The position numbers and the translations under genes are program-made. Below the pieces are notes generated by a model. The model searched no databases, was not told the origin of the DNA, and worked only from the letters and a program-made list of their open reading frames with translations. From an uncultured Planctomycetota bacterium (lineage in GTDB: Bacteria > Planctomycetota > Planctomycetia > Isosphaerales > Isosphaeraceae), in contig CAWJTV010000034.1 in NCBI GenBank assembly GCA_963845755.1, forward strand, positions 160,001 through 224,000: DNA of 64,000 nt, given 5' to 3'. Below, one piece after another: positions 1 to 11,225 of this stretch (its first letter is position 1; each line of letters opens with the position of its first letter).

Positions 1-149
1 CTCGCTTCGTGGCTCTGGCCATCGGGAGTATTGTCATCGCGGCTCGAGTCCGGTCGTTGTCATTGTACGCGAACGCCCCGGCCGGCAATACCCGACGGAC
101 GCGCCGAGACCGCTCTGGTGATCGCGTACTCGAGCGAGATCGGCCAAGC

Positions 150-1559
150 TCAGTTCGACCTGGCTCGAACCGTGGCCACGACCTGGTGTGCCGCCTTCAC
201 GACGATCGACTCGATATCGTCGGCGAGCGGGGCGGGCCAGGTGCTGCCGTAGAACGCCTCGCCCGCCTCGTAGCCGCCTTCCTTCAACACGCGCACCGAC
301 GGGATGTAGCCGACCACGTCATTCGCGTAGGCGGCGACCCAGAGGGTCTTCCCCTCGCCGCCAAGCTCCCGTTGAAGGCGGATCGCGTAGTCCACGACCA
401 CCTCGCCGGAGAGGGCCACGATCGTCAACTGGTCGCCCAGGGCGATGGCTTGCGCGGCATAATACGGGTACTCGGAGCGGATCGGCCGGCCCTGATCGAT
501 GGACTCGACCATCCGCTGAGCGTGCCTCCGCAAGCCCTGGTTGGGATCCTTCAGCAGCTTCTCGTACGAGGCTCGGTCCGTGGGCCCGCCGAACCGGATC
601 GTGGTCTCCGTGAAGGCCGTGCGCATGGTCCCGGTCAGGTCCTTGTACCAGGTGGGATGATCGAGGACGAACTTGACGGCCGCGGCCAGCTCCTCGCCGT
701 GATCCTTGGCCATCTCGAGCGTCCCGAACGGGTGAGGATCGGCGTCCCCCGCGCAGCCGGTGACGAACAGGGCGACAGCTCCGGGGAAATCGGTTTCAAT
801 GCGGTCCTGGGCGAATCCCGCGAAATCCGCGGCGATCTTCATCATGTCGGGACGGAGGGTCGTGTTGTGACAAGCATAGCCAAAGACGATGGCCAGCGGC
901 TTGCCTTCCGATTTCTGCACGCGAAGGATCGGCACGCTCTCATCCACCGGCCCGGCGGGATTCTTCCCGAGCCGGATCCCCCGAGGTGTCGGCTCACGTC
1001 GATTGAGCGCGAAATGCGCGCGGCCGATGCCATACGACAGGCTGACGGGCTCCATCTTGCCGAGTGCCTCGCCGACCGCGGCGACGATCTTGTCCTCCAA
1101 CTCGCGGGTGTATGCGATGTTGTTCTCAAATCCGTCGCGCCCGGGGCGATCGGACCGGGCGGGATCGGGCGGCTCCGCGGGCGCCGGACCGGCATGGTTG
1201 TGCGAGGCAAACAGCACGATGTTCTCGCTCGGGATGTCGTACTTGGCCTTGATCCGGTCTTTCACGCGCAGGGTAAACGGCCGGCGAAACGCGATGATGT
1301 CGCAGGTAACGAGGACGACGCGGTTACCCTGTGCATCGGACAGTGCGAGCGCCTTGGCCACCAGGGGATGGGCCACGCCCTGCGAGGGCGATGTCCGCGA
1401 CGCATAGCCCGCCATCCGGACCGGAGCGGTCGGCGTGGTATCCACCCGCGCCACCCCGGCCTTCCAGCCCGTGGACGGCTCGGCCGCGTCGAGCGAGCCA
1501 AAGCCGATGAGGATGATCCCAATGCTCCAACAGCCCAGCCTTGTGACGATTCCAGGCAT
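150..1559 (-). CDS. Neutral/alkaline non-lysosomal ceramidase N-terminal-domain family secreted hydrolase
   Basis: Signal peptide, then WKAGVARVDTTP..MAGYASR, ASHNHAGP, YACHNTTL, GCAGDADP, GYIPS..GGYE motifs. Start moved to the MPGIV ATG behind GGAGACGAGGAG. Confidence 0.8.
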   Translation of the reverse strand: MPGIVTRLGCWSIGIILIGFGSLDAAEPSTGWKAGVARVDTTPTAPVRMAGYASRTSPSQGVAHPLVAKALALSDAQGNRVVLVTCDIIAFRRPFTLRVKDRIKAKYDIPSENIVLFASHNHAGPAPAEPPDPARSDRPGRDGFENNIAYTRELEDKIVAAVGEALGKMEPVSLSYGIGRAHFALNRREPTPRGIRLGKNPAGPVDESVPILRVQKSEGKPLAIVFGYACHNTTLRPDMMKIAADFAGFAQDRIETDFPGAVALFVTGCAGDADPHPFGTLEMAKDHGEELAAAVKFVLDHPTWYKDLTGTMRTAFTETTIRFGGPTDRASYEKLLKDPNQGLRRHAQRMVESIDQGRPIRSEYPYYAAQAIALGDQLTIVALSGEVVVDYAIRLQRELGGEGKTLWVAAYANDVVGYIPSVRVLKEGGYEAGEAFYGSTWPAPLADDIESIVVKAAHQVVATVRARSN

Positions 1560-1694
1560 CTCCTCGTCTCCTGATTTGATCGATGCATTCCCATCACGAC
1601 CGAGTTCATGTCGCGCGTGACGATCTCCTCGGATGCCGTGAACCGAGGGGGACGGCACGGCAGGGAAATCTCCAATGGTCGATGTCCTACCCGA

Positions 1695-2084
1695 TCATGC
1701 GGGTATGTCGGCAAGCGACCACGAGAGGCGCTTACCGAGGGCAGCCGCGTAGGTCCGTAAGGTCACGATCGTCGGATTGGCGATTTTTCCGGTCTCAAGT
1801 TTGGAGATCGTCGCGCGGTCGATCCCAGTGCGTTCGGCCAGATCCGCAAGGCTGAGGCCCTGACGTTCGCGCTCTAGACGGAGCGTCGCCAAGGCGGTAG
1901 CCAGTTCCTCGTCGTGTGCGGTCGGCGGGTATTCGCGCCGGTACGCTTCGATATCACGATCTAGCCCTTCCTGGTACTCGGCAGTCTGGCGGTGCGCTCG
2001 CCGAGACTCAACCGCGGCCTGCTGCTCGGGAGTCAGATCGGCGTCGCTCAATCGTCTTCGCTCTCGCATCATCGTGGTCCTCAC
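1695..2084 (-). CDS. XRE-family HTH protein, putative antitoxin
   Basis: RERQGLSLADLAERTGIDRATISKLETGKIANPTIVTL is an HTH_3 motif; overlaps the stop of the upstream gene. Confidence 0.85.
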   Translation of the reverse strand: MRTTMMRERRRLSDADLTPEQQAAVESRRAHRQTAEYQEGLDRDIEAYRREYPPTAHDEELATALATLRLERERQGLSLADLAERTGIDRATISKLETGKIANPTIVTLRTYAAALGKRLSWSLADIPA

Positions 2085-2362
2085 GGCTCAATCTCGTAGG
2101 CGGTGACGGGGCGGATCACTACGATACCGGCATCCTTGTGCCGTTCGTAGACAACGATGATGGTCTTGCTCGTGGACGTCTCGCCGATCACGGCCGGTCT
2201 GCCTCTGCTGCGGCTCTGAACTCCACGACTCCGTGCGTCATCAAGGACATCCTCGACCTCGGTTTGGCTCAGCCCGTTGTCGGCGATATGTTTGGTATTA
2301 CACCGAGGGTCATCTTCGGCGTCCCACTCGATGTAATCGAATTCGATCGCCACACAACCCAC
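2081..2362 (-). CDS. BrnT/DUF497-like putative RNase toxin
   Basis: IEWD..NTKHIADNGLSQTEVEDVL..IGETSTSKTIIVVYE..IRPVTAY pattern; 93 aa; directly upstream of the HTH gene. Confidence 0.65.
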   Translation of the reverse strand: MGCVAIEFDYIEWDAEDDPRCNTKHIADNGLSQTEVEDVLDDARSRGVQSRSRGRPAVIGETSTSKTIIVVYERHKDAGIVVIRPVTAYEIEP

Positions 2363-2364
2363 CG

Positions 2365-2412
2365 TTCAATTACTGCCTGTTGAATTTTAAGCAAACCAAA
2401 CGAATGCGTCAA
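2365..2412 (-). promoter_or_regulatory. Sigma70 promoter of the TA pair with a candidate operator
   Basis: Minus strand TTGACG (2412-2407), 17 nt, TAAAAT (2389-2384); inverted repeat TTCAA-N10-TTGAA at 2365-2384. Confidence 0.7.
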
Positions 2413-2473
2413 TGATTGGCGAACCGGAAAGCTACGTATTCAAAAAGTAGTCCGTTCACCCGGCCAGACCAGA

Positions 2474-3514
2474 TCAATCCGCTGCGCGAGCCATCGCCCT
2501 CCGAGCGATCGTATCGAGATCGACAATTCTCGCCCGACTCCCTGCCGTGCGCACCAATTCGCAGATCCGATCGATCGTCCGGAACGATGGGTCCACCACA
2601 CCCAGGCACGAGGGATGGGCCAGGAAGCTGAAGACGGCCCGGTGTTCGATGGCCCAGTTGACGCCGGCCTTGATCGCGTCGAGGAACGAGTCCAGCGGCC
2701 AGCGGCCGGTGCGAAACGCAGTCACGTCGCTGATCGGGCTCATTGGGACCTCGATCAGACCCGACGGGTATGCGAACGGCTGGGCCTGTCGCTGTGCCGC
2801 GATGATCCCGGCCAGGACGTTCTCATCCGGCGGTTTCCCGCCAGTCGGATCGATCGGATGCGCGGGATACTGGCTGCTGACCCAGGAATAGGCCATCTTC
2901 CGGAGCATCGCCTGGAGGTCGGGGCGGTCGGCCACGCCGTCGTGAAAACCCCCAGGCGTGCGGAACCCCGCCGGCGCGATCCCGAGCCGATGCTTGAAAG
3001 CCGATTCGGCCAGGCGGATGTTGGCCGCAATGACCTCCGAAGGCGATTTCCCTTCGATCAGCCAGGGCGCGCGCTTGAAGCGGAACTGGATATCCTCCGG
3101 GCGCCTGGCCTTGACATTGACATGATCATACGTGTGGTTGCCGACCGGATGACCCTGGGCGACGATCTCGCGGAGCCAGCCAACGTCTTCTTGCTCCATC
3201 GTCTGGCCGAGCGCGAAGAAGTGGATCATACCGCCGCGGGCCTTGACGTGCCGAGCAGCCTCGACCGCGTACCGTTTGCTGGCTGCGTCGAGGTTCCCCT
3301 TCTCGTAGTCCCAGTGGGTTTGTTCCCAGTTGGGGAAGTTCCGGCTCATCTCCAGGTCGAGCGTGATGGCGATGAGGGCCTTGTCGCGAGGGGGAGGAGC
3401 CTCGGCGGCAGCCTGTCGAGGAACGGTCAAACTGATCGCGGCACTCGAGGCGAGGAATGCTCGCCGAGTGGCAGGCCGTGAAGGAAGCGCGTTCATCGAC
3501 GGTTCTCCCATCAA
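2474..3514 (-). CDS. Polysaccharide deacetylase (NodB/CE4-like), Tat-exported
   Basis: TRRAFL Tat motif; ITLDLE, GNHTYDH, GFRTPGG, FLAHP motifs. Confidence 0.8.
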   Translation of the reverse strand: MMGEPSMNALPSRPATRRAFLASSAAISLTVPRQAAAEAPPPRDKALIAITLDLEMSRNFPNWEQTHWDYEKGNLDAASKRYAVEAARHVKARGGMIHFFALGQTMEQEDVGWLREIVAQGHPVGNHTYDHVNVKARRPEDIQFRFKRAPWLIEGKSPSEVIAANIRLAESAFKHRLGIAPAGFRTPGGFHDGVADRPDLQAMLRKMAYSWVSSQYPAHPIDPTGGKPPDENVLAGIIAAQRQAQPFAYPSGLIEVPMSPISDVTAFRTGRWPLDSFLDAIKAGVNWAIEHRAVFSFLAHPSCLGVVDPSFRTIDRICELVRTAGSRARIVDLDTIARRAMARAAD

Positions 3515-4584
3515 CGCCTATTCGAGACCGGCACGGGTCGCACCCACGAGACCTGGGTGATGAACAGGTCGAGCGCGGCGAAGCACACGGCCTGGTTGGT
3601 GGCGAACCGCGGCGTGGGCTGGGCCGGGAACGTGGCGATCGTGGCATCACCCACGAGGAAGACGTCGAAGTCCCGGGCCAGGTTCTTGTAGCCGGCCGTC
3701 GTCGAGCAGACGCACATGTCCGTGTTGTAGCCCGCCAGCAGGACATGGTGCACGCCCTGCTTCTTGAGGAAATCGCGGAGTGCCGCGTAGCCTTCCCCAT
3801 CGTAGATCACGACATCGCGGGGGGCGACCTCGATCGATTTCATCACCGGGATCGGCAGCTCCCAGAAGCCGCGTGGGTCATAGGTCGCGCCGGCGTCCAG
3901 GCCGGGGAACTGCTTGAAGTAATCGACGGTCGGCGTTTCCGAAGAGACGGACAGTGACGAAGGGAGCGCCGCGCCAGCATAGCGGAACGAATCGAGCCTC
4001 GCCTTGAGCTCGTGCCGGCCCTGTTCGCGGTCTCGATCGGTCGGCTGGCTACGAAACGATCGATAGAGCTTCTTCCGGATCGGGTCCTCGGTGCCGGGGA
4101 GGCTGTAGGCAACCAGGCCGACCTTGCCTCGCATCGCCTTCAGGAACGGATTGATGACCGTCGTTGCGTGATCGAGGACGATCCGGTTCTTGACAGGCGT
4201 GCACTGGAACGCGACACCCGCCGGCTCGGGAGTGCGCCAGCCCTGACCATCGTCGATTCCCCAGGGATGGACCACGATCACGGCCGTCCGGTCTGCCCGC
4301 AGCCGGTTCGGCACCTCGATGATCCCCCGGGCGTTATAGGAGAACCGCCAGGCGCGGACCTCGAGATCGGCATCGGGATCGTCGACCAGGACCGGGGCCT
4401 CGAACCGGGCGACTTCGCGGACGGGCTCGACAAACTGCGGGAAATCGTTGAGGATGGGCCGGGCATTCGCAATCGATTTCAGGGTGTTCTCATAAACGCG
4501 TGTGGATTTATCGCCGGCACGCGCGAGCCCGGTCAGGCTCAGCAAGACGGTCAGACAGACAATCTCCTGGTTCGGTTTGCTCAC
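3511..4584 (-). CDS. Isochorismatase-family cysteine hydrolase, secreted
   Basis: Signal peptide; LLAGYNTDMCVCST and FLVGDATIATFP motifs; overlaps both neighbours by 4 nt. Confidence 0.75.
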   Translation of the reverse strand: MSKPNQEIVCLTVLLSLTGLARAGDKSTRVYENTLKSIANARPILNDFPQFVEPVREVARFEAPVLVDDPDADLEVRAWRFSYNARGIIEVPNRLRADRTAVIVVHPWGIDDGQGWRTPEPAGVAFQCTPVKNRIVLDHATTVINPFLKAMRGKVGLVAYSLPGTEDPIRKKLYRSFRSQPTDRDREQGRHELKARLDSFRYAGAALPSSLSVSSETPTVDYFKQFPGLDAGATYDPRGFWELPIPVMKSIEVAPRDVVIYDGEGYAALRDFLKKQGVHHVLLAGYNTDMCVCSTTAGYKNLARDFDVFLVGDATIATFPAQPTPRFATNQAVCFAALDLFITQVSWVRPVPVSNRR

Positions 4585-7560
4585 GGTTGATCCTTTCGCC
4601 CGCCGGAGGGCTCGTCCTGGAGAAAGCGGAACAAGTCGCGTATTTGTTCGGGAAGGATTTCCTTGTACAGCGATTCGGGCATCAACGACACGTCCGAGTC
4701 CTTCATCTCCTCGATCTCCGAGCGGGCCAGCCGGATACGCTGGCCCTTGGCATCGCGGAGTGTGAGCGCCTCGGGCGTCTGCTCGACGATCAACCCGGTG
4801 AAGAGCCGCCCGTCCCGGGTGGCGATGACGGATGCCTGGTATTCCTTGCGGACGACGCCGCTGGGATCGACGAGGCTGACGAGCAGGAAGTCGCGATCCT
4901 TGCGGTTGGCGAACGTCAGGTCGGGTCCGATCGTCTCGCCCTTACCATGGAGTCGGTGGCACGTACGCGCACTTCTCCTGGAACAATCGTCGCCCCCGTG
5001 CGGCATCACCGGGACTAGCACGCAGGTCATTGTTCAGGCGGCGGACCTCGGCGAGCCGCTCCTCTCTCGTGGCTCCACGGGTCAGGCCCCAGTGCTTGCG
5101 AACGAGCCCCGAGAGATCCGGGCTCTGAAGTACGGGGAATTGCCCGATTTGATCGAGAGTCATCTCGCCGACCGGGAGCCGACCGCGGTCGATCTCGTTG
5201 AGATAACGAAGCGCCCACGAAGCTCGGCTCAGGAGCAGCGCCCGCGCACGGGTGCGCCATTCCACCCCCAGATGAGGGTAGGCGACGAGCAGGGTCGAGG
5301 CGATGGAGTCGTCCTCGAATCGTCCCAATGCCCCGAGCGCCGCGGACCGGACGGAGGTGGATGCGGGTTCGACACCGGTCGCCAGGTACAGAAGGGGCGC
5401 GATCGATGGCCGGTCCTTCAGCTCACCCAGGATCTCGAGCATCGCCACGCGAACCGCCTCGTCCGCGAGGGGATTGGCGGCGAGAGCCCGTACGCGCTCG
5501 CGCGCCGGGTCGCTCCCCAACCGGGCGGCCAGGCGGCTGCAGGTCATGTCGGCCTGGTTCCGCTCGGCCAGAGCAGTAACGGCGCGCGCGAGGACCGATG
5601 CAACGCTTTCGGGGGTTCGCCCGCGCAGAGCCTCGTCAAGCACCGTGAGGAGTGGCGCGCGGGCAACGGCCGTCGGGGCCGAGCCCAGCAATCGCGTGCA
5701 CGACCCATCGCCCGCCGCGTTCCCCTCCAGGGCGTAACGCCGCATCAGCCGTGGGAGAATCTCAGAACGGATCATCACCGAACGCCAGGCCACCGGCGTT
5801 GCGAACACGGCGAGGACGTGTTCTCGATCGGCAGTCGCATGGTGCTCGACCGCCCACCACAGGAGGAGCGGAACGTAGGGATCGTTGCGGTCGCGCTCGC
5901 GGGAAAGGAGACGGAAGGCGAGGTCGATCCCGAGCCCGGCATCGAGCCGCCGGGCCGTGCTGGCGAGCTGGGCGCGGACCCTGACGTCCGTCTCGCGTGT
6001 GGCCATCGCGATCAGCCGGGCCCCGGCCCACGAAGCGACCGGCGACTCGTCGCCCAGCAGGCGGACGCACCAGGCCCGAACATCCGCGTCGGAGTGCTGA
6101 AGCAGCCGATCGGCGGTGGATTCATCGAGTCCCTGGCAGCCCTGGAGCGCCCACAAGGCTTCGAGCGCCGCCGGCCCACGACTCCCGATGACGGTCTGGC
6201 GCAGACGCTCGGCGACTCCACCGGCTTGCCGTTCGGCCAGGAGCCGACGGGCCTTCCGGCGATACCAGACATTCGAATGATCGAGCAAGTGAACCAGGTC
6301 GTTGTCCGTCAGGTGCTGCAGGTCAGCAGGCTCCGCGGGCCGGGCCCCCTGTGTGGTAATGACGAAGATCCGGCCGTTGGTCCGATCCCAATCGGCATCA
6401 GGATCGGGGTGAGCCGTCCGCCGGTCGTGCCAATCGGAAACGTAAAGGGCACCATCGGGACCGATCGTCAGGTCGGTCGGAGCAAACCAGGCGTCGTTAG
6501 CTCGCAAGACGTCGCCCACCTGCACGGCCTGAAACGTCGAACCGCGCCGCTGAACCTCATGCCCATGGATCGAGTGATCGAGCAGGTCCGCGGCGATGTA
6601 GCGACCGCGCCAGGATCGGGGCAGGGTCTCCGCGTCATAGAACCGCCCACCGACCGCCACGTGTCCACCCTGCACCCCAAAATGAGGCACATGGTCGAAG
6701 TAGCCGAACGTGTAAGGGTTGTGCAGGGGACCGTGCTTGCCGAACGACTTCCAGTAATAACCGCCCTGGACGCCGTGCAACATGACGAATCCGCCGACGT
6801 TCGTACTGGCGAAGAGCTGTCCGCGGCGATCGAAGTCGAGGCCCCACATGTTGCCTCCGCCCTCGCAGAACAGCTCGAATCGCCGGCTCCTGGGGTGATA
6901 GCGCCAGACCCCCTGCTGGAACTCGATGCCGCGGACCCTGGCCGTGACCGTGCTCCCTTGAAGGCCGTAGAGCCAGCCGTCGGGCCCCCAGGTCAAGGAG
7001 TTGGCCACCGAGTGCGCGTCTTCCATGCCGAAGCCGGACAGGAGCACTTCGGGATCCCCGTCGGGCCGGTCGTCGCGATCCCGGTCGGGATAAAAGAGGA
7101 GATACGGCACCTGGAGGACGTAGACCCCACCGTTGCCGAACGCCAGGCCGCTCGCCAGGTTGAGCCCGGCGATGAAGTCATGGGAACGATCGGCACGGCC
7201 GTCGCCATTGGCATCCTCCAGGATCGTGATCCGATCGGCACCCTTCGGCCCGCGGGGAGGCGGCTCGGGAACACGGTCGTAAGCCGTCCGCGAATAGCGA
7301 TCGACCTTCACCCGCTTCAGTTCGGCCGGATTTGGGTATTGCAGGTACTGGATGACCCAGAGCCGACCCCGGTCATCGAACTCGATCGCCACCGGTTGGC
7401 GGACCATGGGCTCGGCCGCGAAGAGGCGGACTTCCAGCCCCTCGGCGACCGTCATCCGCCCGGCCGCCTCTTCAGGAACGTACCCCTGGGCCGTGGCGGT
7501 CCGTATCGCGAGGCCGGCCGTTCCAAGCAGGAAAACCAGTGATGTCAGCGCTGGTTTCAT
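4581..7560 (-). CDS. PVC-type heme-binding CxxCH membrane-bound dehydrogenase-like protein (frameshift ~4965)
   Basis: FAAEPMVRQPVAIEFDDRGRLWV N-terminus, HEAT-like repeats, and GDAARGRRLFQEKCA joined to TCHRLHGKGETIGPDLT across ORFs 4942..7560 and 4581..5030. Confidence 0.85.
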
Positions 7561-7660
7561 GATACCTCGACTTCAGTCCGCAAGAATCGCCGTCTTCTCC
7601 AATCCCCCAATCCGGACTGGAAACCGGCCCTCCGGCTGGCCGACGCGAGCCGGAACTGTT

Positions 7661-9851
7661 TCATTTTAGACGCGGCACCAGCCAGACCGGCTGAGTGAAG
7701 GCCCCATTGCAAGCGACATCCCAGGCTTCGACGCGGACCCAGGTTCGTCCCCTCAGATCCAGAGGCAACCGGAGTTTTCGTTCCTCGAAGGCCCCCGTGT
7801 CGCTGCAATCGATCCGCTCGCGAAAGACGTGCGAGCCGTCGCCGGAAATGACCTCGACGAATGCCAGCGGAAACGTCCAGCGCAGGTCGACGCGGACCTC
7901 GCAACGATGCTCCGGGCCCACTGCCAGCTTGGACCCGCTCGGATTCCCATCCACCGTGAACTCGGTGATCAAGACCTCGCCTGTCGTCGTGAAGAATCGC
8001 CCCGCTCGCAGGGCATCGAGGATCGGCTGCCAGCCTTCATCGAACCGCGGAAGCCGGTCGGGCTCCAGGCGAACGTAGTTAATATTCATATGCCCGTAGA
8101 GCTCGTGCGTATGGTCGATCTTGAAGACGTCGGCCTCGCCGAGTAGCTGCTTCACCTGGCCCCAGTTGGCCATGTCGTCGAGCAGGTCGAGTGAGCGGCG
8201 GCCGAGACGATCGTGGGACAGGTCGGCGGGCATCGCCTTCCATGCGGCGCCCAACCAGTGGGCGGACTGGTAGAAACCTTCGTCGCGAAAGAGATCGGGC
8301 GTCCAGCTCGACCCCTTGATTCGCGGATGCGAGGTCCAGGCCAGGCCATGCTCGATTTCCAGCAGGTTTTGCAGGTCCGCGCCATCGCCGACATGATAGA
8401 CCCGCCCGTAAGGGGGCAGCTCCTCCAGGAACGGCTGGCCCTTGGCGCGCTTCATCGTCCAGTAGACCGGCATCGGGAACAGGTACAGCCAGTGACCGGG
8501 CTTGCGGCCCGCTTCGGAAAGGCCGAGAGGGATATTGGCCTCCTCGCCGGGAAGGAATAAGAGCTCGTCATCCGAGAGCCGCCGGCACTCGTCAAACATC
8601 GCCCGCACCTCGGCCAGACGGACCGGGCCGGGATCCTGGGGATGTCCGTCGCCGTGGAATTCGGCCAGGTGGACGATTCCCACGCCCATCTCCTTGAACA
8701 TCCCGACCAGGTCGGGCGTTCGACCTCGGGCCGCCCTTGGCTTTCTCGTTCATCGCCGCCACGGCCGTCGCCATATGCCAGTGGCTGGTCATCGTGCGAT
8801 AGCCCGGCAGTTTGGGAAATCGATCGCCATGGGTGAATCGAAGGGTCTCCTTCAGGGCGTCTTCCGCCGTGCCGCGGGAAAGGAGATAGAAGACCCCCAG
8901 GCGCTGGTCTGTGCCCGGCGGGGCGTTGAACCAGGGGACGAACGACCCGCCTCCCTTCTCGGACTGGCGAATCCCGAAGCCGAACCGATCGTCGAGGCCG
9001 CGGTGATCCTTGCCGTACCAGACCGTGCGGAGATTCTCCGTCAGGTCGCGCGGCGAGAAGAACTGGTGCGGCGGCGGGAAACATGCGATCGACCCGGAGG
9101 GCGTCTCCGCGATCAACACACGATGGCGGACGGCCAAATGACGATCCGTGGTGTCGGAGGCCGGCTCCTCGCGATGGAGGTTTCCTTCGGTGTCCACCCA
9201 GGCGAACTTGAGCAGTCTCTCCGGCTTGGAGAGCATCAGGCCTGTGTCATACAGGATCGCTCGTCGATCCTCCTGAGTATGAACGACCGCTTCGACGTGC
9301 AACAACGGGGCCAACGCATAAATCGTGAATCGCAACTCGCCGGAGAATGGCCCGACTTCAACCGCACTCACCGCCACCGTGGTTCGACGACCGTGACTGG
9401 TCACGCGGACCTGTTTCAGGTCGAGCCTCGACCGGTAAGTCTGAAACGGACGGTTGGCCGGCGAATCGAAGAAGACATTGAAGACGCTCATCTCCGGAGG
9501 CCGGCCGGCCGGAGCCTGGCGGGTGCCGACGAGCAGATACGTCGACGGATCCAGACTCTCCAGGACAGGGGACGCGGGATTCGCACCCGCGAAGATCCCC
9601 ATTGTCCGGATCAGCGGCCGGCCAGGCTGGAGGTCCAGCACCAGATGGCCCCGAGCATCATGGCCTGGTCCGGGCTCCGACGGCCACGAAAGCCGGAGCT
9701 GACCGTCCCGATGTTCAACGGAGACCTCGCTCTCGGTGCGATAACCTGAGAGGTTGACCGTCGGCTCGGCCGCGAGCAGGCTCGGAATGGTCGCGACCAT
9801 GAGGATAAGAACCATGCCGATCGCCTGGAATCGCGATGGAATCATGGACAC
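7661..9851 (-). CDS. Secreted protein with C-terminal PHP/CehA-McbA-like metallohydrolase region (frameshift ~8720)
   Basis: ORFs 8592..9851 (signal peptide, TSHWH) and 7661..8701 (HLAEFHGDGH, PGEEAN, GHW, SHPRIKGS, GAFTQPVWL) join into one protein. Confidence 0.6.
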
Positions 9852-9864
9852 GCTCCTTCATCGA

Positions 9865-11198
9865 TTATCCGCGGATCATGCGGGCGAGGAATCGGGCGTC
9901 GCAATCGTGTATGTGGGGCCAGATGGCGAACGTACCGTTGGTCGAGCCCTCCCCGAGGGGATTCGGAAAGGGTTGCAGGTGGAAATCGGGATGCTTGGAA
10001 AGGAAGGTGTTGACGACGCCGGTGGTCTCGCACCGGGTCAGCGTGGCCACCGTGTAGATCAAGGTTCCGCCCGGCCGGACGCGGGTGGCGACCTTCGTGA
10101 GCGCCTCACCCTGACTCGCCGCGAACGGCGCGAGATCCTTCAGGCCAACGGTCCAGCGCGCATCGGGATGATGGCGCCAGGCGCCGACGGCCGAATTCGG
10201 AGGGTCGAAGATCACGCCATCATAGCTGGCGGCCTTTCCCACCGGATGGTGGCCGTCCCACACCTTGGTCGTGATGTTGCGAAACGCACTTCCCCGCAGG
10301 CGCAGCGCGGTCTGATGCCGCCGTCGCTCGGCCTCGAAGGTGCACAGGACGGACCCCTTACCTGCCATGAGCGCGGCGAGGTGCCAGCAATAGAGCCCGT
10401 TGTCGGCCTCGCCGCGGACGTCCCACCATCGCTCGCCGGGGTCCGGGTCGCAGGCCAGGCCGACGACTTGCGAGGCCAGATCCTGCTCGACCAGCCGCCC
10501 CGCTTGGATCGCTGCGATGCCCGACAGGTTGACATCCGGCGGCAGCTTGGCGGCGCCCGTCAACCGGCGATGAATCCAGGGCTTCCAGCCGGCGTCCCGG
10601 ACCTCGCCCCAGATGGCCCTCTCGTCCCCACCGCGCACTCCGACCCAAACCGGTGGCGGATTCTGTAATGCGGCCAGGAATCCGAGCCGGCGGGCCTTGG
10701 GCGTCTCGTCACCGGGCGGGATGGGGAGCTGGTCCCGGAGCCAGTCGGGGAACAGCCGCCAGGGGTCGGCGTTGGCGGGCCGGGCACCCAGCCAGCGTTT
10801 CAGGCCCTCGGCGCGGGCCGTCCAGTTCGGGGCATCGCCGACGGGCACGAGGCTGTCGACCGGCCGCCCGATTCGTTCGGCCCAGACCCGGGCGAAGGCG
10901 CCCAGATCGGAAGAATCGAGCAGCGAGGCCAGCAGGAGCTGTTCTTCCGGCCGGCGCAGGCGGAGCGGTTCGATCCAGCCCCACCATCGCAAGAGTGCGC
11001 GGAGACTCCGGGTGATCCCCGCGCGGTCCTTAGCGTTGCGGATCGATTCTCGTCCCTCGAGCGCCGCGGCCATGGCCGGGGCAAGCCGGAAGCGATCCTG
11101 GACGACCCGCGCAGGACCATTGGCGCGATCGTCGCGGCCAGCTCGGCGGCCGGTGCGACCGTGGGGCGGATCGTGGCTGAGCGACTGCGTCGTTTCAT
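9865..11198 (-). CDS. RsmB/NOP-fold RNA methyltransferase homologue lacking the catalytic cysteines (frameshift ~11108)
   Basis: EQDLASQVVG..PDPGERWWD, DGVIFDPPNSAVGAWRHHPDARW, VRPGGTLIYTVATL, FLARM. N-terminus MKRRSRSA is in another frame. Confidence 0.75.
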
Positions 11199-11225
11199 CG
11201 AGGACGCCTTGGGTTCCGGGACGAT

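Noticed and set aside
4955..4975. Programmed frameshift controlling heme attachment
   Set aside because: No slippery sequence, and similar indels affect many unrelated genes.
4663..7542. 959-aa plus-strand ORF and similar long ORFs (9..1574, 14666..16543, 33305..35128, 48124..50031)
   Set aside because: Antisense shadows of well-supported genes, expected at high GC; no recognisable motifs.
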